A stretch of DNA of 64,000 nt from a virus (lineage: Duplodnaviria > Caudoviricetes), in the IMG/VR virus record IMGVR_UViG_3300020371_000002, one strand, 5' to 3'. Position numbers and translations under genes: made by a program. Positions 27,434 through 37,950 of the stretch are shown here, in pieces. Positions within the stretch are counted from its first letter, which is position 1. Each line of letters opens with the position of its first letter. The notes under the pieces were generated by a model. That model was not told the DNA's origin and did not search any database. It saw only the letters and a list, made by a program, of their open reading frames with translations.

Positions 27434-29349
27434 TAGGAAGTTAACTTATGAAAGAGCATTTGTTGAGATAATCTCATCATCATAGCGTTGGCAGACTCTG
27501 GAATAATAGCAGTCTGAGATCCGCCAGTCTGCATAACCATAGGTGTTTTGGTAGATCCAGGAATACCACCCATGGCAACAATCGTCGTACTATTTAACGT
27601 AGTTCTTGGATTATTGTATGATGTATATTGACTAACCAAGTTTGTATCCGTTTCTTCTCTTCGTACAGGTTGAACAAGTCGATCATTAACCATTAATCCT
27701 TGGTTAGGATTATTAATCTGACCCTGTTCACTTCTCAAATATTCCTGCTGATCAAAAAGATATTTGTACTCTTTAGCAGTCTCTCCCGTACCCTGCATCC
27801 ATTGTTCGCCATCGAATCTTTCATAGACAGTCTTGTCTTTCCCACGAACACTAGTTGCAGGAATAACTCTCTTTCGGATCTCATTTTCCTTCGGTTCTAA
27901 TTGAGCCAGTTCTGTAGGTGGAGTTTCAGTAGTGACTGATTTTGCAGTAGAACTAATTTCAGTCGAAGCATTCTTTGTCTTTTTTTCTGGTTCTACAGTT
28001 GTTGCACCAGGCATTCTATAAATTTTTCCTGTATTTCGGTAATACGCATTATAATCTTCTGGGGATGCTTCCCAAGAAAGTGATGCATTTTTTGAAGAGT
28101 TTGATAATACATTACCATTCTCAAGAACAACACCAATGTGTGCTTGAGGATCAGTTGCGTGATTATCATACATGACCATGACATCACCAGCTTGTCTTTG
28201 ATTTATAGGAACCTCAGTATATCCAGCATCAATCATTTTCTGTTCAGCAGTAGGAACCCACAGTGATGATCCCCAAGGTGGTGTTAGACCTGCTTGTTCA
28301 TAGACCTGATTAACTGCCCAAACACAACCATTTTTACCATAATCAGTTTCTGCACGATTACTATTCAGTCCTCTAAGACTTTCAGCAGCATCTGCAAGAG
28401 ATTTACTATCACCAGAAGATCCAGGAATATCAGTTGGTGGAGAATCATTACTTACTTGAGTGACATCAGAACTAGTTGTTGTATTGGTAGTTCTTCTAAT
28501 TTCACCATTTTCACTCAACAACTTACCAAAGTCATCAACTGCAGAATCAAATTTATTCAATTCAAGCATAGAACTTTGAGGTTCTACATTAGAGAATGAT
28601 GTCTGGTCACTAACATTGGCATTGGTAGTAGTTTCACCTTTATCTTCATTATCAACTGCGTCTTTTACATCCTTTGCAATCAATCCTGCATCAATAGCAA
28701 CTGATGCAGCAGTACCCCATCCAGGCACTGTAGATGCAGCACCCGATAAAAACTCCATAGCAGCACCAGCCATATCACCTTTGGCTGCCCTATCAATTGC
28801 AAAAGTAGTACCTAAAACAAGACCAACAAGAGGGAGTTTTTTAGCAAGAAGTTTAGCAGTACCCTTCTTTGCAAGTTGTTCTGTTCCCTCTTTGGTAACC
28901 GCTTTACCAGCGGCTTCTAATCCCTCTCTAGTAACAGTTTTACTTGCTTTAACTGCTGTACCCGTACCAACTTTTGCTGTTTTTTCTGCACCCTCTTTGA
29001 CAAAAAGTCCTTTAACTCTACCAAACATATTACCAGCAAACTTCTTGCCCTTTGAAGCAAGTTGCGTAACCATATCCACGGCGCCTATTGCACCAATACC
29101 AAGGATTGCTGTTAGGACATTACCCGCCGTACCTTTACCTTTGTTATCAACTTGGAAATTACCAGACTTAAGTTTTTTTAAGTCCTTGTCAGCAATATCA
29201 TCCTGACCCTCCAATTTATCATTAGCTCTTTCAAGATAATTGGATAAAGAAACATACTTCTTTTTAGCTTCACCAAGAGATTTCTTCTTTCTCTTGAATA
29301 GTGAATCTACAACTCTTTGTTTTCTGACTAACTTATTTCCAATGGCCAT
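27433..29349 (-). CDS. tail/baseplate protein with NlpC/P60-like peptidoglycan amidase domain
   Basis: GCVWAVNQV...AGDVMV...HIGVVL...NS catalytic Cys/His pattern. Confidence 0.7.
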   Translation of the reverse strand: MAIGNKLVRKQRVVDSLFKRKKKSLGEAKKKYVSLSNYLERANDKLEGQDDIADKDLKKLKSGNFQVDNKGKGTAGNVLTAILGIGAIGAVDMVTQLASKGKKFAGNMFGRVKGLFVKEGAEKTAKVGTGTAVKASKTVTREGLEAAGKAVTKEGTEQLAKKGTAKLLAKKLPLVGLVLGTTFAIDRAAKGDMAGAAMEFLSGAASTVPGWGTAASVAIDAGLIAKDVKDAVDNEDKGETTTNANVSDQTSFSNVEPQSSMLELNKFDSAVDDFGKLLSENGEIRRTTNTTTSSDVTQVSNDSPPTDIPGSSGDSKSLADAAESLRGLNSNRAETDYGKNGCVWAVNQVYEQAGLTPPWGSSLWVPTAEQKMIDAGYTEVPINQRQAGDVMVMYDNHATDPQAHIGVVLENGNVLSNSSKNASLSWEASPEDYNAYYRNTGKIYRMPGATTVEPEKKTKNASTEISSTAKSVTTETPPTELAQLEPKENEIRKRVIPATSVRGKDKTVYERFDGEQWMQGTGETAKEYKYLFDQQEYLRSEQGQINNPNQGLMVNDRLVQPVRREETDTNLVSQYTSYNNPRTTLNSTTIVAMGGIPGSTKTPMVMQTGGSQTAIIPESANAMMMRLSQQMLFHKLTS

Positions 29350-29360
29350 GATAGTCTATC

Positions 29361-31115
29361 CTATGTCGTAGAGATCAGATTGTAAGTGCTCATGGTCCCA
29401 AGTCTATAAAGATTATCCTCATCGAAAGGCATATGGAATGGAACAGAATTACCCTGAATACTTGGTGCAGGAACATTTGACGGATCTAACTGAGCCATAT
29501 CACCCATGGGAAGCATAGTAAAGTTTACGTTATCTTCTCCCTTTGTCTCTGTTTGAGGAATCTGTGCAACTTGTTCAATAGTATCAGAAGAGGTTGCCGC
29601 ATTGGATTGTTCTCCTAATGGATCAACCTTAGAATCTGGAGAAGTTGTTGTGACATTATTTTGGATCCTCTGAAGATTATTTTGATAAACTCTCAAACTA
29701 TCAGAAGCAGTTCTAGATGTCTGATTATATTTTGGTGTTAAACTTGCCCATATATCACCCAACTTTTCCATATCAGCCTCAGTAAGAGGTTTATTGAGAT
29801 CAACTCCCTTTTCCTTGGCAAGGAACATCATAAGTTTATTCTGATATTCTTCACTGAAAGTTTGTTTAGTAATATCTACGTTAGGATCCATTCTTCTAGC
29901 ATGATCTAAAAGGAAAGTAAACTGACCAGCACCAACTGCAGCAGATCTATCAGTTTTTCCAGTCATATCAGTAAACAGCGACTGGTCATCCTTTAAAAAC
30001 TTTGTCTGAAGATCGTCTACTTCTTGGAGAGTCTTTCCAGTAATATCACCATACTTCATTTCACCTTCACGATCACCAAACCATCTACTATAACCACCTT
30101 CCTTAGCAGTTCCCTCTAACTGAGTGATCGTTTGAATTGCTGCCTTGGCATTATTAGTAGTTACTCCAGGCGTATCTACATTACTACCCATTGCAGTAGT
30201 GGTAGGAGTCGATGTAGTTTCTGTTGTTTCTGGTGATGATGTCTTTGGTGGAGGAGGAGGTGCGAATCCACCTAAGAAATCCTGAAACTTTTTAACTGTT
30301 TTATTAAATAAATTAACCTCTTTCTCGGGAATTGGAGGAGGAGCATCAATTTGCGAAGGATCTACTTCACCTGCGGCTGCAGGTTGGGCCATTGCCATAC
30401 CTCCAGCAGCCAATGCACCAAAAGCACCAAGTCCAAGAAGGAGTTTACCCTTCTTGCTTTTCATAAAATTACTTGCGTTTGGAACGTTTGTTTTTACTTT
30501 TTTATCTTTTGTAGCGTTCAGAAAGTCTCTACGCATCCATCTGGGCAATTTACCCCAAGATCCCAGATTTAAACCACCCAATAAGCCAGGAAGAACACCA
30601 CCCTTCTTAGCAATCTTTCCAAGATCACCAATGAATCCTTTGATGAATTTTCTTACTTTACCTATAGTTTCTGTGGTATCCTCAAGGGATTCCCTAATTC
30701 CTTCAAATCCTTTAGCGAATGCAGCAACAGTAGTAGGATCTGCGACCCCTCTCATGTAATCTGCAATACTTCCGAAAGAGTTCAGAAGGCCATCAAGTTG
30801 AGGCATTCTGACCTGAGCAGACAGTGAACCTCTCTTAGACAAACTATCATCAACCTTTTGATTGATGACCTTATTAATATTAACTGTTGAATTTTCTCCA
30901 CCTCCCTGTAGAGATTGGGAGATGTTTTTAATTGTTTGACTTAAACCACCAGGCGCACCCTTTACATTACCCCTAAAAGCGCCTCGTAGTTTTGCACCAA
31001 TTGTACCCTTACCACCAAAAAACTTGGATGCACCTAGAGTTCGGTTACCAGATCCAATACGTCTAGTACCCCTACGTCTTACGATTCTACCAGGTTTAAT
31101 AGATGCTAACTTCAT
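29361..31115 (-). CDS. tail/baseplate protein with lysozyme-like (muramidase) domain
   Basis: ITQLEGT...GYSRWFG...SAAVGAGQF...FSEEYQNK...IWASL. Confidence 0.75.
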   Translation of the reverse strand: MKLASIKPGRIVRRRGTRRIGSGNRTLGASKFFGGKGTIGAKLRGAFRGNVKGAPGGLSQTIKNISQSLQGGGENSTVNINKVINQKVDDSLSKRGSLSAQVRMPQLDGLLNSFGSIADYMRGVADPTTVAAFAKGFEGIRESLEDTTETIGKVRKFIKGFIGDLGKIAKKGGVLPGLLGGLNLGSWGKLPRWMRRDFLNATKDKKVKTNVPNASNFMKSKKGKLLLGLGAFGALAAGGMAMAQPAAAGEVDPSQIDAPPPIPEKEVNLFNKTVKKFQDFLGGFAPPPPPKTSSPETTETTSTPTTTAMGSNVDTPGVTTNNAKAAIQTITQLEGTAKEGGYSRWFGDREGEMKYGDITGKTLQEVDDLQTKFLKDDQSLFTDMTGKTDRSAAVGAGQFTFLLDHARRMDPNVDITKQTFSEEYQNKLMMFLAKEKGVDLNKPLTEADMEKLGDIWASLTPKYNQTSRTASDSLRVYQNNLQRIQNNVTTTSPDSKVDPLGEQSNAATSSDTIEQVAQIPQTETKGEDNVNFTMLPMGDMAQLDPSNVPAPSIQGNSVPFHMPFDEDNLYRLGTMSTYNLISTT

Positions 31116-31297
31116 TTATTCAGTGCAGCTCTTTGTTGGGCTTTGAGATTCTCGTCTTCAATATGTTGTTTAAGTAATCCAACATAGATGTCCCTTTCCC
31201 AAGGCATCATATTTTCGATCTCTGTTAATGAATATTTATGGAACTGCATGAGAGCGAAATTGATTCTGTAGTATGCCTCCAGATTCATCTGGGACAT
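31112..31297 (-). CDS. gp51: baseplate hub assembly catalyst
   Basis: NFALMQFHKYSLTEIENMMPWERDIYV. Confidence 0.9.
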   Translation of the reverse strand: MSQMNLEAYYRINFALMQFHKYSLTEIENMMPWERDIYVGLLKQHIEDENLKAQQRAALNK

Positions 31298-31299
31298 AA

Positions 31300-32025
31300 C
31301 TAAGCGAAAAAACTTGTTAATCCCTCAAGCACGACAGTATTTTTCTTTTGAGTGTTGGGATTCATTACCTCAACAGTATGAGAAAGTTTTGGCATGGTAT
31401 CGAAAAACTCTTCGATTTGCTTGAATTGACTAGAGGTTAATCCCTCAATCCAAGAAACCAATTCCTTCTTAGTAAGATCCTCGCTAGCCCAGGCATCTTC
31501 TTCAGTATAAATCTGTTCAATGCACGCTGCAATGACTTCAAAGGATTGTTCGACTTCGGATACGTCATCTCCCTGTACTACGAAATTGTTCTTTACAAAT
31601 TCGTCAAGAGAAGGATATTTCATACGAATGGTAATATCCTTATCAATCTGAATATCTTGTTTGTGATTCTCATTCATTTGAACTTGAATCTCATCAATAA
31701 AGACGCTGACTGGAACTTGGGTTGTACCATCATCACCACAAGTAACCACTAGTTCAACTGCTTCTGATACAGACTTACCACGAATGTTGAGGAACAAATA
31801 CTCGATGTCAAAAGTAGGCAGACTCTCTACTTTTACTCCTCTAGTTTGTACACATTCTTTTAATACTTGTTTGATTGCGTTAGTAATTTGTTTAGGGTTT
31901 CCGCTTTCTAACGCTAGAATAAGAACTTTCTCTTCTTTTACTAGGAATGGTCTATACTTAACAGTTTTTCCAGTGGAAGGTAAAGTCAACTCATAGAGTG
32001 GGGTTGAAATTTTAGGTAAAGGCAT
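31300..32025 (-). CDS. gp26: baseplate hub subunit
   Basis: MPLPKI.TP.YEL.LPSTGK.VKYRPFLVKEEK...FDIEYLFLNIRGKS; late promoter at 32045-32051. Confidence 0.92.
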   Translation of the reverse strand: MPLPKISTPLYELTLPSTGKTVKYRPFLVKEEKVLILALESGNPKQITNAIKQVLKECVQTRGVKVESLPTFDIEYLFLNIRGKSVSEAVELVVTCGDDGTTQVPVSVFIDEIQVQMNENHKQDIQIDKDITIRMKYPSLDEFVKNNFVVQGDDVSEVEQSFEVIAACIEQIYTEEDAWASEDLTKKELVSWIEGLTSSQFKQIEEFFDTMPKLSHTVEVMNPNTQKKNTVVLEGLTSFFA

Positions 32026-32055
32026 AATAATTCAATCAGCGGGTTATTTAGTAGG

Positions 32056-32991
32056 TCAGGTAGGGTACTGTAGTAAAGGAGAATTAAAGTCTGCTAGTGA
32101 CCTGAAATCAGAAGCAAAATTCAAGTTATTACCCAGAGTGAATGGAGATGGAGTTGATGCATCCCATGGAGCTCTACCATCCATGAAATTAGAACTTACT
32201 GATGCAATTGTAGATCCATCAGAGGCAGTAGATACCTTTTCGTATTGTACAGGTTTAGAGTCTTCTTCAATACCAAGATTAATTATAACATACTTATCAT
32301 ATTTGAAGTCAACAGTTACTTTAGTGACGGTTCCTTCATCATATGACAAAGCAATAGAATTGATATTGACTGGAAAGGCATTAATAAAACCATATGTCAT
32401 CTTAGTTTTATAATCTCTTTCAAACTTAGTGACATGAAGTTCTCTCTTATATTCAGACGGATACCTATGTCTCTGGAAGTTATTTCCATCTCTCATAGAG
32501 GCATAACCACTAGCACTCGGAGCAGTAACCTTACCTGCATTTGCGGAATGCATTGGTTGCATAAAGTGAAGCCATTCTTGGAATAATCTAAGTACCTTGT
32601 AATCAGAAGACACATAGAATGTCATACTGAGATCAGCATAAACATTCCTTACTGGAAAGAATTCTTCAATACCCTGTCTACTCCCCAACTCAGTAAAGGT
32701 TTCTACGCTTTTACCAGGCAAAACTGTCTCTGCACATAAGAAATCATATCTCTTAGGTTCATGTTTACCAAAAATACCTGCGGAGGTTAACCACTGAGAT
32801 AATTGATCTGTCGATCCAGGTCCCGCTTTAGCGAGATTCATCGAGACCTTATAGTGATTGCTGCTAGATGGATTACCAAGAAACTCTTGAAAGTTATTCT
32901 GAGCTAATCCATTTCTATCAATATCGATCAAATATGGTTCTCCCGCAGAATTTATTCTTCGGTTGTTTGCACTGAGTCCTTTATTTGACAT
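32056..32991 (-). CDS. gp54: baseplate tail-tube initiator (gp54/gp19 fold)
   Basis: FLCAETVLPG...YADLSMTFYV...NAFPVNINSIALSY...KVTVDFKY. Confidence 0.65.
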   Translation of the reverse strand: MSNKGLSANNRRINSAGEPYLIDIDRNGLAQNNFQEFLGNPSSSNHYKVSMNLAKAGPGSTDQLSQWLTSAGIFGKHEPKRYDFLCAETVLPGKSVETFTELGSRQGIEEFFPVRNVYADLSMTFYVSSDYKVLRLFQEWLHFMQPMHSANAGKVTAPSASGYASMRDGNNFQRHRYPSEYKRELHVTKFERDYKTKMTYGFINAFPVNINSIALSYDEGTVTKVTVDFKYDKYVIINLGIEEDSKPVQYEKVSTASDGSTIASVSSNFMDGRAPWDASTPSPFTLGNNLNFASDFRSLADFNSPLLQYPT

Positions 32992-32993
32992 CG

Positions 32994-33001
32994 GATAAAT
33001 A
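32994..33001 (+). promoter_or_regulatory. late promoter GATAAATA for gp4-gp2-gp48-gp53
   Basis: about 18 nt upstream of the gp4 start. Confidence 0.65.
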
Positions 33002-33018
33002 CTACGATCCTTTATACT

Positions 33019-33465
33019 ATGTATATGTCCTACAAGGGGAAATATAGGCCTGAATACCCAAAGAAATACAAGGGTGATCCTACCAATATTATTTATAGGT
33101 CACTTTGGGAGCGAAAATTCATGCGATATTGTGACCTCAATGAGAGTGTTTATCAGTGGCAATCAGAAGAATTCGCTATTCCATACAAATCTCCCCTAGA
33201 TAATAGGTATCATAGGTATTTTCCCGACTTCTTTGTAAAGTATATTGACTCTACAGGAAAGAGACGAATCATGGTCATCGAAATTAAACCTGCAAAGGAA
33301 GTTAAGATGCCTCCGAAGAATCCCAAGAAGAGAACAAAAGCCTGGGTTAGAAGTATAGAATTATGGGCAGTAAATCAAGCGAAGTGGAAAGCTGCTGAAG
33401 AGTTCTGTGCAGATCGTAATTATGAGTTCAAGATTATGACTGAAAAAGAACTGGGAATCAAATGA
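33019..33465 (+). CDS. gp4: head completion nuclease
   Basis: YKGKYRP..P.KYKGDP..IIYRSLWE...RYFPDF...EIKP. Confidence 0.95.
   Translation: MYMSYKGKYRPEYPKKYKGDPTNIIYRSLWERKFMRYCDLNESVYQWQSEEFAIPYKSPLDNRYHRYFPDFFVKYIDSTGKRRIMVIEIKPAKEVKMPPKNPKKRTKAWVRSIELWAVNQAKWKAAEEFCADRNYEFKIMTEKELGIK
33090..33097 (-). promoter_or_regulatory. perfect T4 late promoter TATAAATA inside gp4, pointing toward gp54
   Basis: TATTTATA on plus. Confidence 0.5.
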
Positions 33466-33947
33466 TTGCAGACGAGATTAGACAACTAGCAGGAAAGAAA
33501 AACAAGAGTGCAGATTGGTATATCAATGCTCTACAAAATGCACTATCTCCTGTTCAGGATCCAGATATCAGTACAAGTGATACTGGATGGGTCGAAGTAG
33601 GCAGTTTAGTATTCTTTTCGTATGGTGCAAAGTATCCAGAAAAATATGAGTATTGGGACTTACAACCATTGGCATTTGTACTCGAATTCTATAAAGATGG
33701 ATTCCTAGGAGCAAATCTACATTACGTTAACCCAGATTATAGGGATGGACTTGCAAAAAGCCTGATAAATAGTGGAAGAGGGGCAAGTGTACCCAAAAAT
33801 TCGTTGCACAAATATCTCTATTCTGGAGTTGGTAACCTATATAAAGTTCCAGATGATGAAGATTGGGCGAGTATTTCGTTATTACCCACAGAACGTTTTA
33901 TTGACAGACGTGGGAAAAAATATCCCAAGTATAGAGCCTGGAAGTAA
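33462..33947 (+). CDS. gp2: DNA end protector protein
   Basis: VFFSYGAK...YWDLQPL...GFLGANLHY. Confidence 0.8.
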   Translation: MIADEIRQLAGKKNKSADWYINALQNALSPVQDPDISTSDTGWVEVGSLVFFSYGAKYPEKYEYWDLQPLAFVLEFYKDGFLGANLHYVNPDYRDGLAKSLINSGRGASVPKNSLHKYLYSGVGNLYKVPDDEDWASISLLPTERFIDRRGKKYPKYRAWK

Positions 33948-35491
33948 TGGCAAAAGGTTTTAAAGTCGTTAATTTAGATCCACCAATTACACAGACCATC
34001 AATGGTCAGACAATCGTGTATGCGTTGGAATATGACCTTGAAAATGAAAAGGTTCGAGTTATTGAAACTGGAACCAACAAAGCAAACCCAGATGTCATTT
34101 ATACTGATGGTGACTGGACAAAGGATAGTAACTTATTAAATCTAAGTAATTCAGATAAGTTATCTTTCCACACTGATATTCAACTTGCAATTAAATCAGA
34201 TTACGATGCGAGAGTAACGCAGAGATCTGGTCAGGGAGGAAAGAAAAAACCTAAATTACCAGCATGGGCAAAATCAGATCGTGTGGGACTATATGCCTCA
34301 CAACCTGCTGGTCCACCTATCTCTTCAAATGGTGAACCAATTACATATAATAATCCAACAGGACTTGCAAAGATTGGACTTTTCCAAAAAGTAGGTGCTT
34401 TGATTGACCCTATGGGAGCAATCATGAGAAATGATGTAACTCAGTATGTTACATTAAACGAAAGGAACGCAAGAACTACACCAATGATGTATCCAATGGA
34501 TATGTCACCTCACCAAGATAAAATGGTGATTCAATGTTATACATACCAACCACCAAGCAGAGACGGGTTTCTTTCCACATCAAAAAACTCAAGAAAAACA
34601 AGAGAGACACTATTAACTAAGGGACTAACTAGATCTACTCCACTTAAGTATAAAGTTGGTGGGGGTATCATTCTACCAATGCCAAACACTGTTAAAGATG
34701 CATCGAGTGTTTCTTGGGAGACTGACAAATTAAACAATCTAGCGGCCGCGGCAGCAGGTCTGGTATCTCAGAACTTTGCAGCGAAAGGTATTGCCCAGGT
34801 CTTTGGACTAGGTGGAATGGACAAACTGTTGACCCAACTAAAACTACTCTCTGAGAGTGGTACAGGTGGTGGTCAGAGTGCCATGTCAGCAAGTCTAATG
34901 AGTGGTATGCTCAATAAACTCGGATACGATGTAAGTCCAGAGACTATCCTTGCAAGAGGTGCTGGTATTGTTCCAAACTCAAACATGGAACTCATGTTCC
35001 GTGGTCCTCAGATGAGGCAGTTTAACTATACTTACCAGTTGACAGCAAGAGATCCAGACGAAGCATCAGAGATTAGACAAATTATTAGACATTTCAAAGA
35101 AATGTCCTCAGCAAAGAAAAATGTATCCGATACAGCAGGTGTTTCTGCTGCTGGAGATCCATCTTTCTTCCTTGGAACACCAAACATCTGGACAATCAGA
35201 TACTGTACTGCTAATTTCAGAGATATTCCTGGGGTAAATATTATTAAGCCTTGCGCTCTAACTAGATTTGAAACTGATTATGCACCACATGGAAGTTGGC
35301 AGGCATTTGATAAAGGTCAACCAGTTTCGTATAAGATCCAAATGGATTTTGCTGAACTAGAACCCGTATATAACACCGACTATAACAATAGAGTCGGTTC
35401 AGATAGAGTTGCAGAGTTTAATGATGCAGGTCAACAAATTAATAAGGGCGACCTCAGAAGAATTGACAAAAAAGACATGATCGGTTACTAA
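33947..35491 (+). CDS. gp48: baseplate tail-tube cap
   Basis: PNSNMELMFRGPQMRQFNYTY...IIRHFK...CALT...DYAP...MDFAELEPVY. Confidence 0.9.
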   Translation: MAKGFKVVNLDPPITQTINGQTIVYALEYDLENEKVRVIETGTNKANPDVIYTDGDWTKDSNLLNLSNSDKLSFHTDIQLAIKSDYDARVTQRSGQGGKKKPKLPAWAKSDRVGLYASQPAGPPISSNGEPITYNNPTGLAKIGLFQKVGALIDPMGAIMRNDVTQYVTLNERNARTTPMMYPMDMSPHQDKMVIQCYTYQPPSRDGFLSTSKNSRKTRETLLTKGLTRSTPLKYKVGGGIILPMPNTVKDASSVSWETDKLNNLAAAAAGLVSQNFAAKGIAQVFGLGGMDKLLTQLKLLSESGTGGGQSAMSASLMSGMLNKLGYDVSPETILARGAGIVPNSNMELMFRGPQMRQFNYTYQLTARDPDEASEIRQIIRHFKEMSSAKKNVSDTAGVSAAGDPSFFLGTPNIWTIRYCTANFRDIPGVNIIKPCALTRFETDYAPHGSWQAFDKGQPVSYKIQMDFAELEPVYNTDYNNRVGSDRVAEFNDAGQQINKGDLRRIDKKDMIGY

Positions 35492-35492
35492 A

Positions 35493-36251
35493 ATGTCAAA
35501 TAGAAGTTATTTCCGCTATTTTCCAAATATGGAATATGTCTCCAGAACTCTGGAGAGAAGTTCCAATGACGAATTTATTACAGTCAAGAATATCTTCAAA
35601 AGAGCCAGACTCAGAGAAGATATTGCAGGATCAGCGACTGTATATAACTATTTCAGTGTTCCTGGCAATTTTAGACCCGATCAATGTGCAGATCGTGTAT
35701 ATGGAGACCCACATTTAGACTGGGTTATTCTAATTACAAATAATATTCAGAATATCCATGAGGATTGGCCCATGGATGATCTAACTTTTAGAAAATACTT
35801 ATTAGACAAATATGGTAGTGAAGAAGCATTAGAAGATATTCACCACTATGAAACTACTGCCTTTGAGGATGGATATTTAAGAACTATCGTTCCCGATGGG
35901 TTAGTTGTTGATTCCGCTTTCAATGTATCAGCATTAGATCAAAGATTGCAACAAGAAGTGAAATATAACGATAATATCGCACTTAAAACAGAAAACAGCA
36001 CTATTGATCAAGCAGGTACAGTAAAAGATGCCAATGGTGACATTGTTTTAGGCAAAGGAATCCGCCCTGTCACCAACTATAAGTATGAATTTGACGCAAA
36101 TGAAATGAAGAAGAATATCATCATTTTAAAACCAGAATTCTTAGGCGTATTCGTTGACGACATGAAGAAGATCATGGCATACTCTCCATCTTCTCAGTAC
36201 ATCAATAAAAATACTAAGAGAACTTATAATCCAAGATTAACTGGTATTTAA
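35493..36251 (+). CDS. gp53: baseplate wedge subunit
   Basis: YFRYFPNMEY...RPDQ.A...YGDP.LDWVILITNNI...HHYET. Confidence 0.92.
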   Translation: MSNRSYFRYFPNMEYVSRTLERSSNDEFITVKNIFKRARLREDIAGSATVYNYFSVPGNFRPDQCADRVYGDPHLDWVILITNNIQNIHEDWPMDDLTFRKYLLDKYGSEEALEDIHHYETTAFEDGYLRTIVPDGLVVDSAFNVSALDQRLQQEVKYNDNIALKTENSTIDQAGTVKDANGDIVLGKGIRPVTNYKYEFDANEMKKNIIILKPEFLGVFVDDMKKIMAYSPSSQYINKNTKRTYNPRLTGI

Positions 36252-36964
36252 AGGAAGAATATTTGATTGATTCGATCATGAGAATCAAACATGCCTATTT
36301 CCATGTTCTGAGAATGTAGGATATCCGCTTCATAGAATATGCAACGATTATATCTCATTTTCGCTTCATATTCCACCTTCCATTCTCTATCACCATAGAG
36401 CCATCTTCTAATATAAGGATATACATCCTCCTGAGATTTTATTTCCTCATCAAATCCTTCTGGTTTATCCATATACTTGAATATGTTGTAAGGAACACTC
36501 ATTTTACCTTTATATGAGTAAAAGTTTGTTCCTCCAGCACACTCTTCTGGTTTATTCAAGTAAATGACAACACCAAACTGTAAGAAGTCATTACTATAAG
36601 GATATGCATCTTGGTGCGGAATACTAAACCAAGGATCACGCAATATGCTTGCGTCATTCATGATATTACACATGAATCCACAATCATCCCATTGCATTTC
36701 ATATGTGTATGGGTCAATATGTCTTGACCACATGCCACTTAAACAATACTTGTCAAATACAGATTTGAGGTTTTCTTTCACCTCATCTGTCTTAACAAAT
36801 AATCTTGTTCCAGGCAGATTATTCTTAACTGCATTTCGTTCTCTTGAATTTAATGCAAGGTTTCTAATCTCATCTGGGTTTTTGTAGAAATCATCGATAA
36901 TGATAATTCTGCGGTCATTTACATGCCTTATCCTTAATCGAGCATTTTCATTAATTTCGAACAT
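36248..36964 (-). CDS. DUF6445-like 2OG-Fe(II) oxygenase
   Basis: IIIIDDFYKNPD...PHQD...VIYLN...GGTNFY...YNRCIFYEADILHS. Confidence 0.8.
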   Translation of the reverse strand: MFEINENARLRIRHVNDRRIIIIDDFYKNPDEIRNLALNSRERNAVKNNLPGTRLFVKTDEVKENLKSVFDKYCLSGMWSRHIDPYTYEMQWDDCGFMCNIMNDASILRDPWFSIPHQDAYPYSNDFLQFGVVIYLNKPEECAGGTNFYSYKGKMSVPYNIFKYMDKPEGFDEEIKSQEDVYPYIRRWLYGDREWKVEYEAKMRYNRCIFYEADILHSQNMEIGMFDSHDRINQIFFL

Positions 36965-36967
36965 AAT

Positions 36968-37035
36968 CCTGGCCTACAAAAAAAAGCCCAGAATTTTTTT
37001 CCGAGCTTTTTTGAAATTAAAAGTTGATTTTGGTA
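36968..37035 (-). repeat. repeat copy 1: terminator-like hairpin plus leader
   Basis: 35-nt core AAAAAAAGCCCAGAATTTTTTTCCGAGCTTTTTTG identical to 55896-55930. Confidence 0.85.
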
Positions 37036-37950
37036 TCACTCCTCAGCAAGTTTCTGGAAGTAACTCATCGCATCATCCTCATCTTCATCCGTAATGTCAG
37101 CAGACTTTGGAGTTGCAGATGCACGAGAAGCAATGGTCGCTAGTTCTTCTTCAAGACCACGATCATTGTCCTCATCAGAAACTTCTTCCTCAACAGGTTT
37201 ACGAAGTTGTTGTTTGTTACCAAGAACAGCATCAAGACGCTTCTTGAGATCATCATAAGACTTGAACTGATCTGCAGCAGTAAATGCATTCAGATCATGC
37301 AAGTTGTTGTAGATCTCTTCAAGTTGATTATCATCATCAAGAAGTGCAGAAGGTTTGGCAAACTCAGAAGAGTCATAGTTCCAGAACCCAGCAACGTTTT
37401 TGATCTTCAGTTTGAAGTTTGCACCCTGCCAAAAATCAAATGGGTTGATAGGATCCTCATCCTCAAACTCAGGTTGCATTGCTGCAGTGATCTTATCAAA
37501 GATCTTCTTACCAAACTTGTAGAGGAAGGTTTTACCTTCATTCTCAGGATTAGCAGAGTCCTTCACAACATAGATGTTGGAATAGTAAGACAGTTTGCGT
37601 TTCTGTTTACGAGCAATCTCTTTGTCTGCATCCAACCCACTGTTCCAAAGAACACGATTGTGTTCAGAGACAGGATCCTGTTTACCCAGAGTGGTAAGGG
37701 AATTCTCAATGTACCATCCGCCAGGACCTTGGAAAGCGTGACTCCACAGTTGTGCCCATGGAAGATCACATCCCTCAGGTGCAGGGAGGAATCGAATAAC
37801 TGCATAACCGTTTCCTGCTTTATCTACCGCAGGTTTCCAGAAACGTTCGTCAGCACTACCACCTTTCTCATTAAGTTTCTCCACCTTCTTCATCAGTTTA
37901 TCGGTGAGAGAACCAGCCTTAGATTGTTTCTTCAGATTAGCAAAAGACAT
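37036..37950 (-). CDS. gp32: single-stranded DNA-binding protein
   Basis: DERFWKP.VDKAGNGYAVIRFLPAP...WYIENSLTT...NFKLKI...NYDSSEF; acidic tail. Confidence 0.97.
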   Translation of the reverse strand: MSFANLKKQSKAGSLTDKLMKKVEKLNEKGGSADERFWKPAVDKAGNGYAVIRFLPAPEGCDLPWAQLWSHAFQGPGGWYIENSLTTLGKQDPVSEHNRVLWNSGLDADKEIARKQKRKLSYYSNIYVVKDSANPENEGKTFLYKFGKKIFDKITAAMQPEFEDEDPINPFDFWQGANFKLKIKNVAGFWNYDSSEFAKPSALLDDDNQLEEIYNNLHDLNAFTAADQFKSYDDLKKRLDAVLGNKQQLRKPVEEEVSDEDNDRGLEEELATIASRASATPKSADITDEDEDDAMSYFQKLAEE

